From contig NC_068986.1 of assembly GCF_001194135.2 (NCBI RefSeq), positions 72,609,484-72,673,483 on the forward strand: a DNA stretch of 64,000 nt. Direction: 5' to 3'. Position 1 is the stretch's first letter. Every line of letters starts with the position of its first letter. The position numbers and the translations under genes are program-made. Shown one piece after another: positions 11,432-23,644 of this stretch. The notes under the pieces were generated by a model. It worked only from the letters and a program-made list of their open reading frames with translations, was not told where the DNA came from and searched no databases. The DNA is from Octopus bimaculoides (taxonomy: Eukaryota).

Positions 11432-14048
11432 GGTGGTGTTGCTGGTGGTGGTGGTGATGTTACACATGTGTATATATGCATATAGATGAATGCCTGCATA
11501 ATTATGAATGTATGCCCCCACACACACACAAATATAAGCTTGTCTTTACATGTCCTTCATGTCGATTGACAAATCAATGTAAATATAACACCATTGTTTT
11601 TTTATGATTATTAAATCTTCAAATCATCAATTATATGAAATTTTATCCTAAATATGGCTTTATACTTTATTTTAAATGCATTTCAAATAGGATGCTTCAG
11701 TTAAGCTTACCAACGTTCTCACCTTATTCATCCATGCCTCAGCTTGCTGACTTACTGCTATACCTGTTGTTGTTCAGCTACAAATACATAAATAAACAAT
11801 CTACAAGCCCATTTAGCTATGCATCCTTTATTTGTCCTACACACACCGAGCCTGCTATCATCACTGACTGATTGTTAATACTGATCAATATTGTCAAATG
11901 CACATTAGTAATCTGTGTTCCATTTAAATAGTAGATCCACTAAAACTAGGAAATCAAATAGTTTAACTATGAAATACTGTGGAAAAATGATGGAAATAAA
12001 GCTACAATAAAATATGCAAAAGATGACTGAGGCTTTCTACAGCTTTCAGACTGAATAAAATCTAGCCAAGCCAATTTCTTTTCCTCAACTTAAACTAAGC
12101 TCAGGCTGTTCTCTCTATCTTTTATCAATATATTGTTTCAAAACCTTTTCTTCTCCATTTCTGAAAACAAGTGCAGAAATATTTTGCTTCAAATCAAATA
12201 ACTATTGTGATATTCACTTTATACACGTCACAGTTTGTTTTATCAGGCACAGTTTATCATTCAATAGACCCATACAATTTAACCCTTTAGCATTCAAATG
12301 ACTCTGTTAATTATAATATTTATTCACATTGTGTAGAATTAATCATGCATTATCTTGTAGCTTTGAGATTTTGATGATGTGACTTTATTTTTAGAATGGC
12401 ACTGTAGGTTATATGTGAAAAGCTGGATGTAGCCAGTATGAACATAAAACATGCAGAATATTTGAGCCTCATATGGCCAGTTCAAATGTTAAAGTGTCAA
12501 ATACAGTTTGCACGATTTACCATAGAAATAGCAATCACTATAAAATAATCTGTAAAAATTTAAGATTGTCACATTTTGAAAATATTTCTGATGAGGAAAT
12601 GAAATATTTTTGTTGTTATTTCTCTATCATGATATTAATATTTTAAATTATTTTCTGATTAAAACATCACTCTTGGAAACTTGTTTACATATAACTCATT
12701 TAGTATTACAAGCTTATCAAACTTTTGTCATTACAATCACAACTCTTTACAACTGCACACAGAGGTCCATTTTGGAGAAGCAGACATGAAGCATCCTATT
12801 CAAATATGCTTCAACCTCATGCAAACTGAATATTTTGGCAATGCTGTGCCTATCCCTACCACTCAGTGCCTATCCCTACCTCCATCCTCCACTAACTCAT
12901 ATATAGCATTGATCACTCTTCCACTGTTCACTACATTCTCTAGACATCATCTAATCTCTCCTATCTTCTATCCATCACATATCTATCATTAACCCTTATT
13001 CATCATTCAATATATTTGCACCTCTGACCTATCTTTAACCATCCTTCACTCTCTCCATGCATTCTTGTAACCTCTATCCAACTACCCTTTCTATCTTTCT
13101 ACCTCCAGGATCCATTCTAACACCTTGTAACCACCATATGTATCTCTCTTTTCAGCCTCACACCATTTTCTCCCATCCACTCTTGCAAAATGGGAGTAGC
13201 CATATATATTCTCTAATGCAAGAAATCTGTTCCAACCCCTTCTTTCATACTCTAACTTTTCATTATCTAGCATAAGGCTGCCTCCTTCCCTCTCTACTGT
13301 ATATTTACTCAGTCTTATTCTTCTGACCTATATGGCAAGTGCACTAATGCTGGTGCCACAAAAAAAAAAAAAAGTAGCCACTGTACTCTCTGAAGTGGTT
13401 GGCATCAGAGAAGGATATGCAGCCATAGAAACCTTGCCAAAATAAATATCAGAGCATGACACAATCTTCCAACTCCTCAGTTCTTATCAAACCAACGAAC
13501 TTATGCCAGCATGAAAGACAGGTGTTAAAAATGATGATGATCATCACACACACACACATATGGAAAGTTATCAGCTTTGACACTACTCAAATGAAAACTC
13601 ATTCAAGCTTGAGAAACAACACTGTTAACATGTATATAAATAACCCAAATAATTACTTGTATTTTGATATAATAATCAAATAATGAAAGCCTACTCTTTC
13701 CCTTTTACCTAAGCATCCACATACTCACACTCACATACTCACACACTCAACATGAATCCATACAACACATATGCTTATGCTTACATACACATTAACACAT
13801 CTAATCGTTCTATAATGTATGTATGCATGTATGTATGTATGTATGTAAGTATGTATGTACACCATTATTCAGTTTTATTTCAAGATTTCTTGCCAATAGA
13901 GAGAGCCGGTTTCTAACCAAGATCCAAGGCTCCTTCATTAAATTTTCAACATCAACAACAGGGTATTTTTGTTTGTATATATGTATGTATGTATGTTCTC
14001 TTTCTCTTTTTAATTTTAGAGTAAATTGTGACCAACTACCTATTTGGT

Positions 14049-15300
14049 AGCATGGGTTGGACGATTTGACTGAGGATTGGTGAACCGGATGGCTGCACCA
14101 GGCTCCAATCTGATCTGGTAGAGTTTCTACAGCTGGATGCCCTTCCTAATGCCAACTACTCCGAGAGTGTAGTGGGTGCTTTTACGTGCCACTGGCACGA
14201 GGGCCAGTCAGGCAGTACTGACAATGGCCACACTCAAAATGGTGTTTTTTACATGCCACCTGCACAGGAGCCAGACCAGCAGCACTGGCAATGAACTCGC
14301 TCAAATGTTTTCTAACATGCCACCGGCACAAGTGCCAGTAAGGCGACGCTGGTAATGATCACGATCAAATGGTGCTATTTACATGTCACTAGCACAGAAG
14401 CCAGACAGCTGCTCTGGCAATGATCACGCTCGGATGGTGTTCTTAGTGCTCCACTGGCACAGGTGCCAGTTATAGAATATGGTTCAATTACAATTTCGAT
14501 TTCAATTTCACTTGCCCCAACAGGTCTTCGCAAGCAGAGTTTAGTGTCCAATGAAGGAGAGGTTGGCATGGGTGTCAGTTGTCGAATTTAGTTCGATTTT
14601 GATTTTACTTGCCTCAACAGGTCTTCGCAAGCAGAGTTTAGTGTCCAATGAAGTAAAGATACGAATAAGTGAGCTGACTACACTTCTGGCAGAGGCCACG
14701 GATTATGGTCTCACTTGGCTTGCCAGATTTTCTCACGCACCAAAGGTTCCGGTCACTAGTCAATGCCTTGGTGAGGCCTAATGTTCAAAGTCGTGTTTCA
14801 CCACCTCATCCCAGGTCTTCCTGGGTCTACCTCTTCCACAGGTTCCCTCAACCGCTAGGGTGTGGCACTTTTTCATAGTGACGTCTCCAGACCTCTCTCT
14901 TTGCAGCCACGCTTAGTGCAAGCGAACTATCATCCATGCGGACACATTTCTCTCCCACGACATCATGATTCTTTCTCACACACTGTCTTGCAACATGAAA
15001 TACCTCAAATCTTTGGTCCTCACAGAGCAGAACATTGGCAAATTTTTTCTTATCTACTTCCCCTCTATCTCCTAGCTTCCCTTCTGGCAGTCTGATACAA
15101 TTCCTTGCTACCACCGTTCTTCCAGTCCTTCCAAGCCTGTTTCTTTTGTCTAATAGCCCTGTCAACAACATTGTTCCACCACCACGTTATTTTGGGTCGA
15201 GAGGGAACTCTGCACCATCCACAGATCTGGTCAGTGGCCCTCAGCAGGTTGTCCTGTGGAAACCTCCAGTTGTCTTCTACATCGTGTGAAGCTATATCCC
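14049..15300 (-). mobile_element. RTE LINE copy lacking the RT domain (linker fused to C-terminus), with 3' UTR repeat array
   Basis: Minus strand linker ...AAKREVWRRHYEK joins directly at ~14872 to the C-terminal segment, also present at 47470-47568. The 3' UTR is shared with 47230-47460 and, inverted, with 56130-56730. Confidence 0.8.
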
Positions 15301-15302
15301 TT

Positions 15303-17124
15303 TAGGGGTTGAACAAAATAATGGAAACACCTAGCATCATAGCATCATAATTTTGAAATATCTATAAAATCGTCAAAAGATTGTTCATTTTTATAATTTT
15401 TGATTTATTATTGTGTTGCTTAATATGTTTTGTTAAAATTGCTGTTTCTGTTCAGATATCATCAGAAAAAGGTAATCAAAATTCATTAAAATGACAGATC
15501 TATCAGACTTTCAAAGAGGTCAAATTGTTGGTGCTCATATGGCAGGTGCTAGTGTAACGAACACAGCCGAAATGTTTGATGTATCAAGAAGTACTGTCTC
15601 AAAAGTAATGACAGCCTTTGAGAAAGAGGGAAAACCTCCTCATCAAAACAAAACTCCAGAAGAAGGCCAAAACTTTCAGATAGGGACCGTTGGACTCTTA
15701 TGCAAAGTGTTAAAAAAGATCACAAAAGTACAGCTCCCGAAATTACTGCAGAGCTTAATGACCACCTTGAGAACCCAGTTTCCACAAAAACTGTTCACCA
15801 GGAGCTGCACAAAGCCAGATTTCATGGGAGGGCTGCAATTGGAAGACCACTACTTTCAAAAACAAACGTTGCAAAGTGTTTAGAGTGGAGTAAAAACCTA
15901 CAGAATTGGTCACTAGAGCAGCAGAAGAAAGTTATTTTCTTGGACAAGTCATCCTTTACCTTATTACAGCTTGAATTCTACGAGGCATGGACTTGTACAA
16001 AGTTTGAATTGTTTCCAAAGCAATTTTTGTCCATTCTTCAGCTAAAACAGTCTCCAGTTCTTGTAGTGATAATGGTGGAGGATATCGACTCCTTACTTGT
16101 TTTTCTAAAATGCACTATAAATGTTCAATAATATTGAGATCTGGGAACTGTGATGGCCAGACAAGATGTTCAACTTCACTAGAATGCTCCTCATGCCATT
16201 CAGTAATAACTTTAGCTGAGTGAATTGGTGCATTATCATCCTGAAAGATTGCATTTTCCTCCGGAAACAGTTCTGCAACCATAGGGTGAATTTGATCAGA
16301 TAAAATGTTTAAATAGTCTTGACTATTAATTCTGCCATGAAGGGAAACCATTGAGCTGGCAGATTTCCAAGATATAGCCTCCCAGATCAACACAGATCCT
16401 CCTCCATATCTAACAGTTGGAAGAAGGCAGTGTGGGTCAAATGCTTCTTTTGGCTGTCTCTATATGTATACTCGGCCGGTGGTCAGAAATAAGGTAAATG
16501 ATCACTCATCTAGGGACCAATTCTGTAGGTTTTTACTCCACTCTAAACGCTTTGCAACGTTTGTTTTTGAAAGTCGTGGTTTTCCAATTGCAGCCCTCCC
16601 ATGAAATCCAGCTTTGGGCAGCTCTCGGCCAACAATTTTGTGAAAACTGGGTTCTCAAGGTGGTCATTAAGCTTTACAGTAATTTCAGGAGCTGTACTTT
16701 TGTGATTCTTTCTAATAATTCACATAAGAGTCCAACGGTCCCTATCTGAAAGTTTTGGTTTTCTTCCGGAGTTTTGTTTTGACAAGGAGGTTTTTCCCTT
16801 TTTCTCGAAGGCTATCATTACTTTCACGACAGTACTTCTTGATACACCAAACATTTCGGCTGTTTTTATTGCGCTAGCGCCTGCCATATGAGCACCAACA
16901 ATTTGACCTGTTTGAAAGTCCGATAGATCTATCATTTTAATGAATTTTAATTACCTTTTTCTGATGATATCTGAAAAGAAACAGTAATTTTAGAAAACAT
17001 ATTAAGCAACACTAATAATAAATAAAAAAATCATAAAAATGAACACGCTTTTGACAGTTTTATAGATATTTAAAAATTATGATGCTTTGATGCTAGGTGT
17101 TTCCATTATTTTGTCCAACACTTG
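15303..17124. mobile_element. Composite Tc1-family structure: + strand 5' half (15303-15965) fused to a near-complete - strand copy (15963-17124); DD36E transposase relic
   Basis: The same TIR/leader (AACAAAATAATGGAAACACCTAGCATC) is present at both ends in inverted orientation. + strand MTDLSDFQRGQIVGAHMAGAS and - strand MIDLSDFQTGQIVGAHMAGAS. Minus-strand catalytic segment FQDDNAPIH...WPSQFPDLNIIEHL has 36 residues between D and E. Confidence 0.85.
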
Positions 17125-17126
17125 TA

Positions 17127-17975
17127 TGTACTCACATATATATAATATGTACATATGCACACATGTACTCACATACACACATACATACAATACACACATA
17201 TACAGACATACAAACATACTTGCATGCATGCAAGTATACATACGTACATGATACATATATCTTAAAATACACATGCATAATACATGCATAATACATGCAT
17301 AATTCATGCATGAATGCATGCATGCATGCATACATACATACATACATACATACATACATACATACATACATACATACATTTGAGGTTTTAATAAAGAAAT
17401 TTCTCTTTTGCTAAATCGAAGATTGTTCTTTGAAAGAGAATAGTTTGAAAGAAAATATTCCAGAATTATTTATGAATAAGTAAAAGCAGAGTATCTTAGT
17501 TACAACATTCATTTGTAAAATACAACTATTTGCTCTGTAGTTAGTCATATTTCTTTTGAGTATAGTCCTCTTCCTGCTCTTAATCTTTGATTCAAAAATT
17601 TTCCTAATTCATTAATACTTTCTTTCTTTCTTTCTTTCCCTGCGTGTATGCATACGTATATGTATGTATTATGTATGTGTGTATGTATGTATGTATGTAT
17701 GTATGTATGTATGTATGTACGTATGTATTTATGTGTGTGTATATGTATACATCCACACACGCGCACACACACACACACATATATATACACGCATATATCT
17801 AGATACATACGTACATATATATATATATACACACACATACATACATGCACATTTAGATACATACATAATACATACATACATACATACATACATACATACA
17901 TACATGTGCGTTTGAGTGTATACGCATGTATGTATGTAAGTATGTATGTATTCATGCATTCATGCATGTATGCCT
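17127..17975. repeat. Compound (CATA)n/(TATG)n/(CA)n microsatellite block upstream of the promoter
   Basis: Alternating-orientation tetranucleotide tracts at ~17300-17378, 17648-17730, 17850-17905 and 17925-17975. Confidence 0.9.
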
Positions 17976-18226
17976 GACTTAATTAGATTCTCAGGTTTTT
18001 GCTTTAAAAAAAAATCGTAGTGCCATACTGAATGAAAAATCACTCTTGTCCTGGTTCATTTGCAGGTATAGGTAGTGTGTAATTAACGTACTACTGCTAT
18101 TACTGCGGTATTATCGGTAGTTTGATATGATAGGCTTTAAAAATAATATTTGTTTAAATGCCATAACCCATTGCTACTCCAACTACTATTATCTGCTACC
18201 GTTGTAGTTTGAATATTAATATTATA

Positions 18227-18531
18227 GGCGGAGCTATGGGCCGCCATTGAAAAGCAGACGACACGATAGTCGTGCAGAGTGTAGCAAGGCGTAAGGCAGA
18301 CGACATCACGAAACACTAAATCGGAAGACGAAAGGAAATTTTGATGAGAAATATTGTAAGGAATTCCTCCGTTTATCTTTTACAGTTTGGTGAGAAAAAA
18401 GCAAGCAAAAAAGGCAAGAAAAAAAAAGAGCTTTGTTTTTTTGAGTGAAAATTTAGAGCTGGGGTGAAAATTCAGTGTTTTCTCCCTTCGCTTGATTCCG
18501 TTGTAAAGGTGAAGGTCGTGTGGTGCTGAGG
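18227..18531 (+). promoter_or_regulatory. Probable promoter / 5' UTR of unc-76
   Basis: Locally CpG-rich, repeat-free stretch just before the ATG. GC-box-like GGCGGAG at 18227-18233 and YY1-like GCCGCCATT at 18240-18248. The TSS cannot be determined from sequence. Confidence 0.5.
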
Positions 18532-18863
18532 ATGCGGGGCCTAAAGATGGCGGAATTACAGTTTGAGGCTCCTTTGGCCACATTTGAAAGTGATGAATGG
18601 AATGATTTTAACGATTTTCAAACAGTTACAGAGGTAGAAAACTCTAACAAGAACCCTAAGCCTTCGAAAGGAACAAATGAAAAAAATGACAATAACTTAG
18701 TAGCTGAGAATCACTTCGGGGAAACAGTGTCAGGATCACTCGAAGACTTGGTTAATACATTCGATGAAAAAATTACGAAATGCTTTTGTAATTTCGAAGA
18801 AAAAGTTGAAAAATTCGCCCCTGTTCAAATTCGAACACAAGAGGAAATTATGAATGATTGCCA
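18532..18863 (+). CDS. unc-76: UNC-76/FEZ-family kinesin adaptor, coding exon 1 (in-frame ATGs at 18532 and 18547)
   Basis: Translates (MRGLK)MAELQFEAPLATFESDEW...ETVSGSLEDLVNTFDEKITKCFCNFEEKVEKFAPVQIRTQEEIMNDC. SLEDLVNTFDEKITKCF and APVQIRTQEEIMN are hallmark FEZ/UNC-76 motifs. Ends CA|GTAAGT (phase-2 donor at 18864). Confidence 0.95.
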
Positions 18864-21800
18864 GTAAGTCATATATATAAACATATATATTTCCTTTCCT
18901 TTTCTTTTTCAATATACAAGCTTTCGTCTAATTTCAGCATTTATTTTGGTTTGGTTTGGTCTTTTATACAAGTCGGAATAATTTTTCCCCGTTTAGTAAT
19001 TTTGTCCGTTCATTTATAGATTAAATTTACTGAAAGAGAAACCAACATTTTCGTTTATTCTTTGTAATGATTGTCATCTGTTTTTTTCTTTCTATGTGTC
19101 AAATAAACCTGTTGGTCATTAAACGATGTGTTTATAAACTCGGGGACTGATTCCTCTAAAACTCTGCTGCCATAATTTAATAATAATAATGATAATAATA
19201 ATAGTAGTTGTAGCAACCGTCATAGTTGTAATATTAATCTTTTCTCTTCTTGGACTGATTTATTTATTCACCATTTATACTGCTCTATTATAAACAAGTA
19301 TATAAAACCTGTTTAATACTGGAATATCTGTCAGATTTGTCCCATATTAACAACACACAGGAAGAAAAAAAAGATCAGACCTAATTTGATGAATATAATT
19401 ATGAAACCTCGACATCTTTAATTCTTAATTTCAATAACATTCGCACTAGACTAATGTAAATATAAATTTCTCGAGTTTTCCATTGACAGACAATTAATTT
19501 TAATTTAGAAATAATGTTTTTTCTGAAATATTTTCGGGTCATTTTCTATATAATGAAGTTTCTCACTCTGCTAAAAGCAGTAACCAAACCTCTTCAAATA
19601 ACACCTGCCATCTCACTGAAATGAAGGACACATTGGAGAATATAGTCATAATTATGAAAAAAAACGAGGGGATGGTTACGGATGGAAAATCTTTGATCAT
19701 GGGTCTACTCGACCATGATTCTCGTGATAAGTCTTTTGCAATGTTATGCATATTTATAGGCATCCCTCCACCTCAGACATACATACAGCGCCTATTTATC
19801 TATCTATCTATCTATCTGTTACACACATACATATATACATAGATCACCTATCTATCTATCTATCTATCTATCTATTACACACACACACACATATATATAT
19901 ATAGAGAGATATGATTATGTATATATCTATGTATATGATTATACACACATGCATACATATATATGCATTCATACACACGCTCTTATACATAATCGTGTAA
20001 TTCATTTGCTTATATTTGGTTTGTTACTGCTCAGTTCACATTTCGATAATGTGTCAAATTCGTTTTCCATATTGATTTTTCTACAGTCTGGCAATTTTAT
20101 GTTGATACTTGGGTTAATTATAAACCAAAATGTAAAATTTATTTATCACATCCTTACTCTCGGGTATATTCGATTTTTTTAATATGTACATACAAACAGA
20201 AAACTGCGTGTATTGTGTTAAAATATGTAATTATCTTACTATATTAAGATATTTTGTTCGTCTTCAGCTGTTATTATAAATATGAGAAACGTGCTAAATG
20301 ATGAAGGGGGCCATTAATTTGTGTGTGTATTTCAGGGTACCTATACAGTTCGTATATCTACATCTGTGAACGAACTGATGATATTAATGTCCCTCCAACT
20401 GATGACAGTTATACATGAAGATAATTGTTAGGATAAAAATCAAAATCTTTGTGCGTTCGATCTGCTTTCCAATTTGACGTTTTGCCTTATCTTTTGATGC
20501 AGCTTTTGTGAAAATTGTGCGTGTAGTGTCTAAGACTAATGATATGGATGACATACACACACATTTTTACGAGGAACGAGATTATTGAGTTTTCAGTTTA
20601 ATATATTCTGCATCAGTGACGTTTTTAGCTTCAGCTTTTTATTTATTGACCTCTTGCTTCGCACCTTCCTGTTGAACTGCTGTCATAAAAAGGCAACAAA
20701 TGCCTTGATTTTTGTTCTGTCAAGTACCTCACTTTCAATTCTGCTGAGGTGTGAAATATGTAATAGGAAATGAGCACATATTTTATATGTCTTCCCATAA
20801 CCAGGAAATTAGCTTAGCAAGGAATTATTCAGGCGAATGAAAATAATAATTTAGCTCGAATATCATTGTTTGGTGGTTTGATTTTTTTCATTTTCATAAT
20901 GTGTGGAAAACGACAACGCAATTCCTATCCAAGGACGAAGCCAGGCTGCTTCGATCTAGGTACAACCCCTTACATAATTATCTGTTTTTATCTAAGTTCC
21001 TATGCTGTTGGGAGTCAAAAATCCTGATGTTTCCAGTAAAGCCCTTCAGTTTAGAGGGACAAGTTTAGTCCCCGATTTATGGGACATATATTAAGATATT
21101 TCATATCTGAGAACCACTCAAAATTAACTCGAGTTTCTATATGACAGACAGTATGTGGCAGATTCATTTAAGCAGGTTTTCAACTTTGTTCTGTGCTGAT
21201 GATTGAAGGCATTTAGTATAAATTTCATCTTTGGATTTCGCGATGTAGATGTAATGTCAATTTTGTAGGAGAGAATGTACAGCGAGTTATTTCGAATCGG
21301 TACACGAATACCTAGGCTGGTGGCATTTTAGAATGATTTTGGAATTTGATGGTTTTAATAAGGGAGATATAAAGGCGATCGACTGAGAATTAATAATCTT
21401 TTAGACCTAATTAATACATATTTTGTGTTGCCGATTTTTTTTTTTTTTTTTTTTTTTTTTGCATAATATCATTTGTAGGAAACAAAATTCTGTTAGTACA
21501 GCACTGACTGTCCTGAACATACATTAATAGCTGTGAGTGTGATAGTTTTAGGTGAGCATAGATTATAATAAAATTGATTTTCGATACTAATTTTCAGTGT
21601 TTAGTTGTTTACTAAATTATTAACTCATAATAAATGCTAGTGTGTAATTTACAAAACAGATGTATTTTCTTTTACTCGATCTCTAGGATTACTATGACTC
21701 AATTGCAAACCATATCGTTACACCCTTACTTAACATATGATTTCCATTGTGAATGAATGTGCATTTTAAGATATTCTCATACACTTATCTGCCAAGAAAA

Positions 21801-23454
21801 GAAGTACGGGTGATCTCATTTGTGTTGGTATTTTAAATTTGATTAAAATGGTTTGGGATATTTATCACAATTCTAAATGTAAAGCAGAACATTTAACTTC
21901 AAATTATTATATTGCCATAAACATATTCTTTGACAGTTTATCTACAATACTGTTTTCGTTTGAATACATTGTCGAGAACACTTAGCAGATATAATAAATC
22001 ATCTTAATGTTTTTCATTCATAATAATTAACAATGTATTTAGTAATAGTTTTCTTTCCTGAAAACATGTTTTATTTATCTAAAAATAACACGATTTACGA
22101 AAAAGTAAACAGCAAAATATTAATACAAAATAATTAATAAAATAATCCCATAAATTTGATTTTATGAAAAATCATATTTCACATTTATTTATTTTTTATT
22201 TGGGGTATTAAAATAAGTAGTAAAATTCAAAGTAATAGAATATTAATATTTATTGCGCATCTGAGTGGAGCGGCGCAAATGAAGCAAAACAATTACAATC
22301 TACTATTGAAACTGAGGGTCCCCACCCTTGACATATCTACTGCTCTGTGTTTTTATGAAGGCGGTATAAACGCTCATGTGGCCCAACAGCATTATAGCAT
22401 TCACTCCAATTTATTTATTAAATGACAGAAAAATAAAATTACAGCTATGACATCACCGACTAAAGCTGCCCCTCCCTGTTCTATATCTATTTCAAATTGA
22501 GAATACCCATAAAGAGACAGCTCGGCCTTTCTCGCTCAGTCTATGTACTTTTCTCTTTCTATCGTTCTAAAGACCAGTAATATAGTCCTCTTCCTACATA
22601 CAGTTTATTTTATTTTATTTGTTTCAAAGTGTCCTGCCTTCCTTCATGGCATACAAGCTAATTATATTTAATAATATATAATTGATTTCACGGTTACCTA
22701 GCAAAAAGGCAAGATACGGAGTCCGAGCCCCAACCATGGGCTTCTTTTTTATTTTTTTTATTTTTATCCGTTTTTATTTTAATGATTCTGGTGTCCCAGT
22801 GTCTGCCGCCAGGCTAGAACGAGATAATGTTCCTTAACTTTGTCTTGGTTGAAGTCTCTTTCTGCCACACACTTTAGCCAGCTAACTCCCTTGTTCTGGA
22901 CTAAGGGTTATCAATCATTTTGTTCCTTTGTACCCTTTTGGTAGTCTGACAGATTCATGTGACTGAGAAATTTAGAGATAAAAAAACAATAGATTTTAAT
23001 TAATGAGAGTTCCTTTCAATTGTTAGTGAAATATTTGGGAAATATTCTCTAAGTTTGCCTTCCAGCTTCATTGATTAATTCTGTGAATATGTCAGTTTTA
23101 GACTATGAGATGATGCTTAAATCATTTTTATTTTTTTTGCAACAAGTTCAGCTGTATAGATCTATGTGCTGTGGACACAGATATACTTCACAATGATGTT
23201 AACACTATATAGTTACTACTGAAATCTTGGGTCATTTGGTAAATCAAATTTTAGACCAATAAGCTAAAGATTCATAATAAGAATAAGGAATAATTGATGG
23301 AATATTTGATCATGTGGAAGGACTGAGAGTCATAAAAGATTTTATAGCTTAAAAATACGTATTTGATTATCATCTATGTTTTTCTTGTAATCTGAGATAT
23401 AATGATTTTTAATATTGTTTAATTTAGTATTGTAATTAATGCTTTAATATTTTA

Positions 23455-23644
23455 TGTTCATTAGAACACTGGGAAAAAGGCTTAGCGGTGTTTTATGTTA
23501 GGAGTTCAAATTCTGCTGATGTTGACTTTACCTTTCATTCCTCTCTGGGTCAATAAAATAAGTACCACTTGAACACTGAGGTTGATGAAATCAACTTAAC
23601 CCATCCCCCAAATTTCTGGTCTTATACCAAAATTTGAAGCCAAT
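23455..23644 (+). mobile_element. tRNA-derived SINE (intron 1)
   Basis: GGAGTTCAAATTC B-box and the same body and tail (CAATAAAATAAGTACCA...CCAAAATTTGAAGCCAAT) as 5376-5574. Confidence 0.7.

Noticed and set aside
17077-17977. MYVC/HTYI-repeat ORFs
   Set aside because: These are translations of (TATG)n and (CATA)n microsatellites.
18380-18583. Antisense ORF or divergent gene overlapping the unc-76 start
   Set aside because: A 67-aa ORF with no recognisable motif and no minus-strand exon chain upstream. A divergent lncRNA cannot be assessed from sequence alone.
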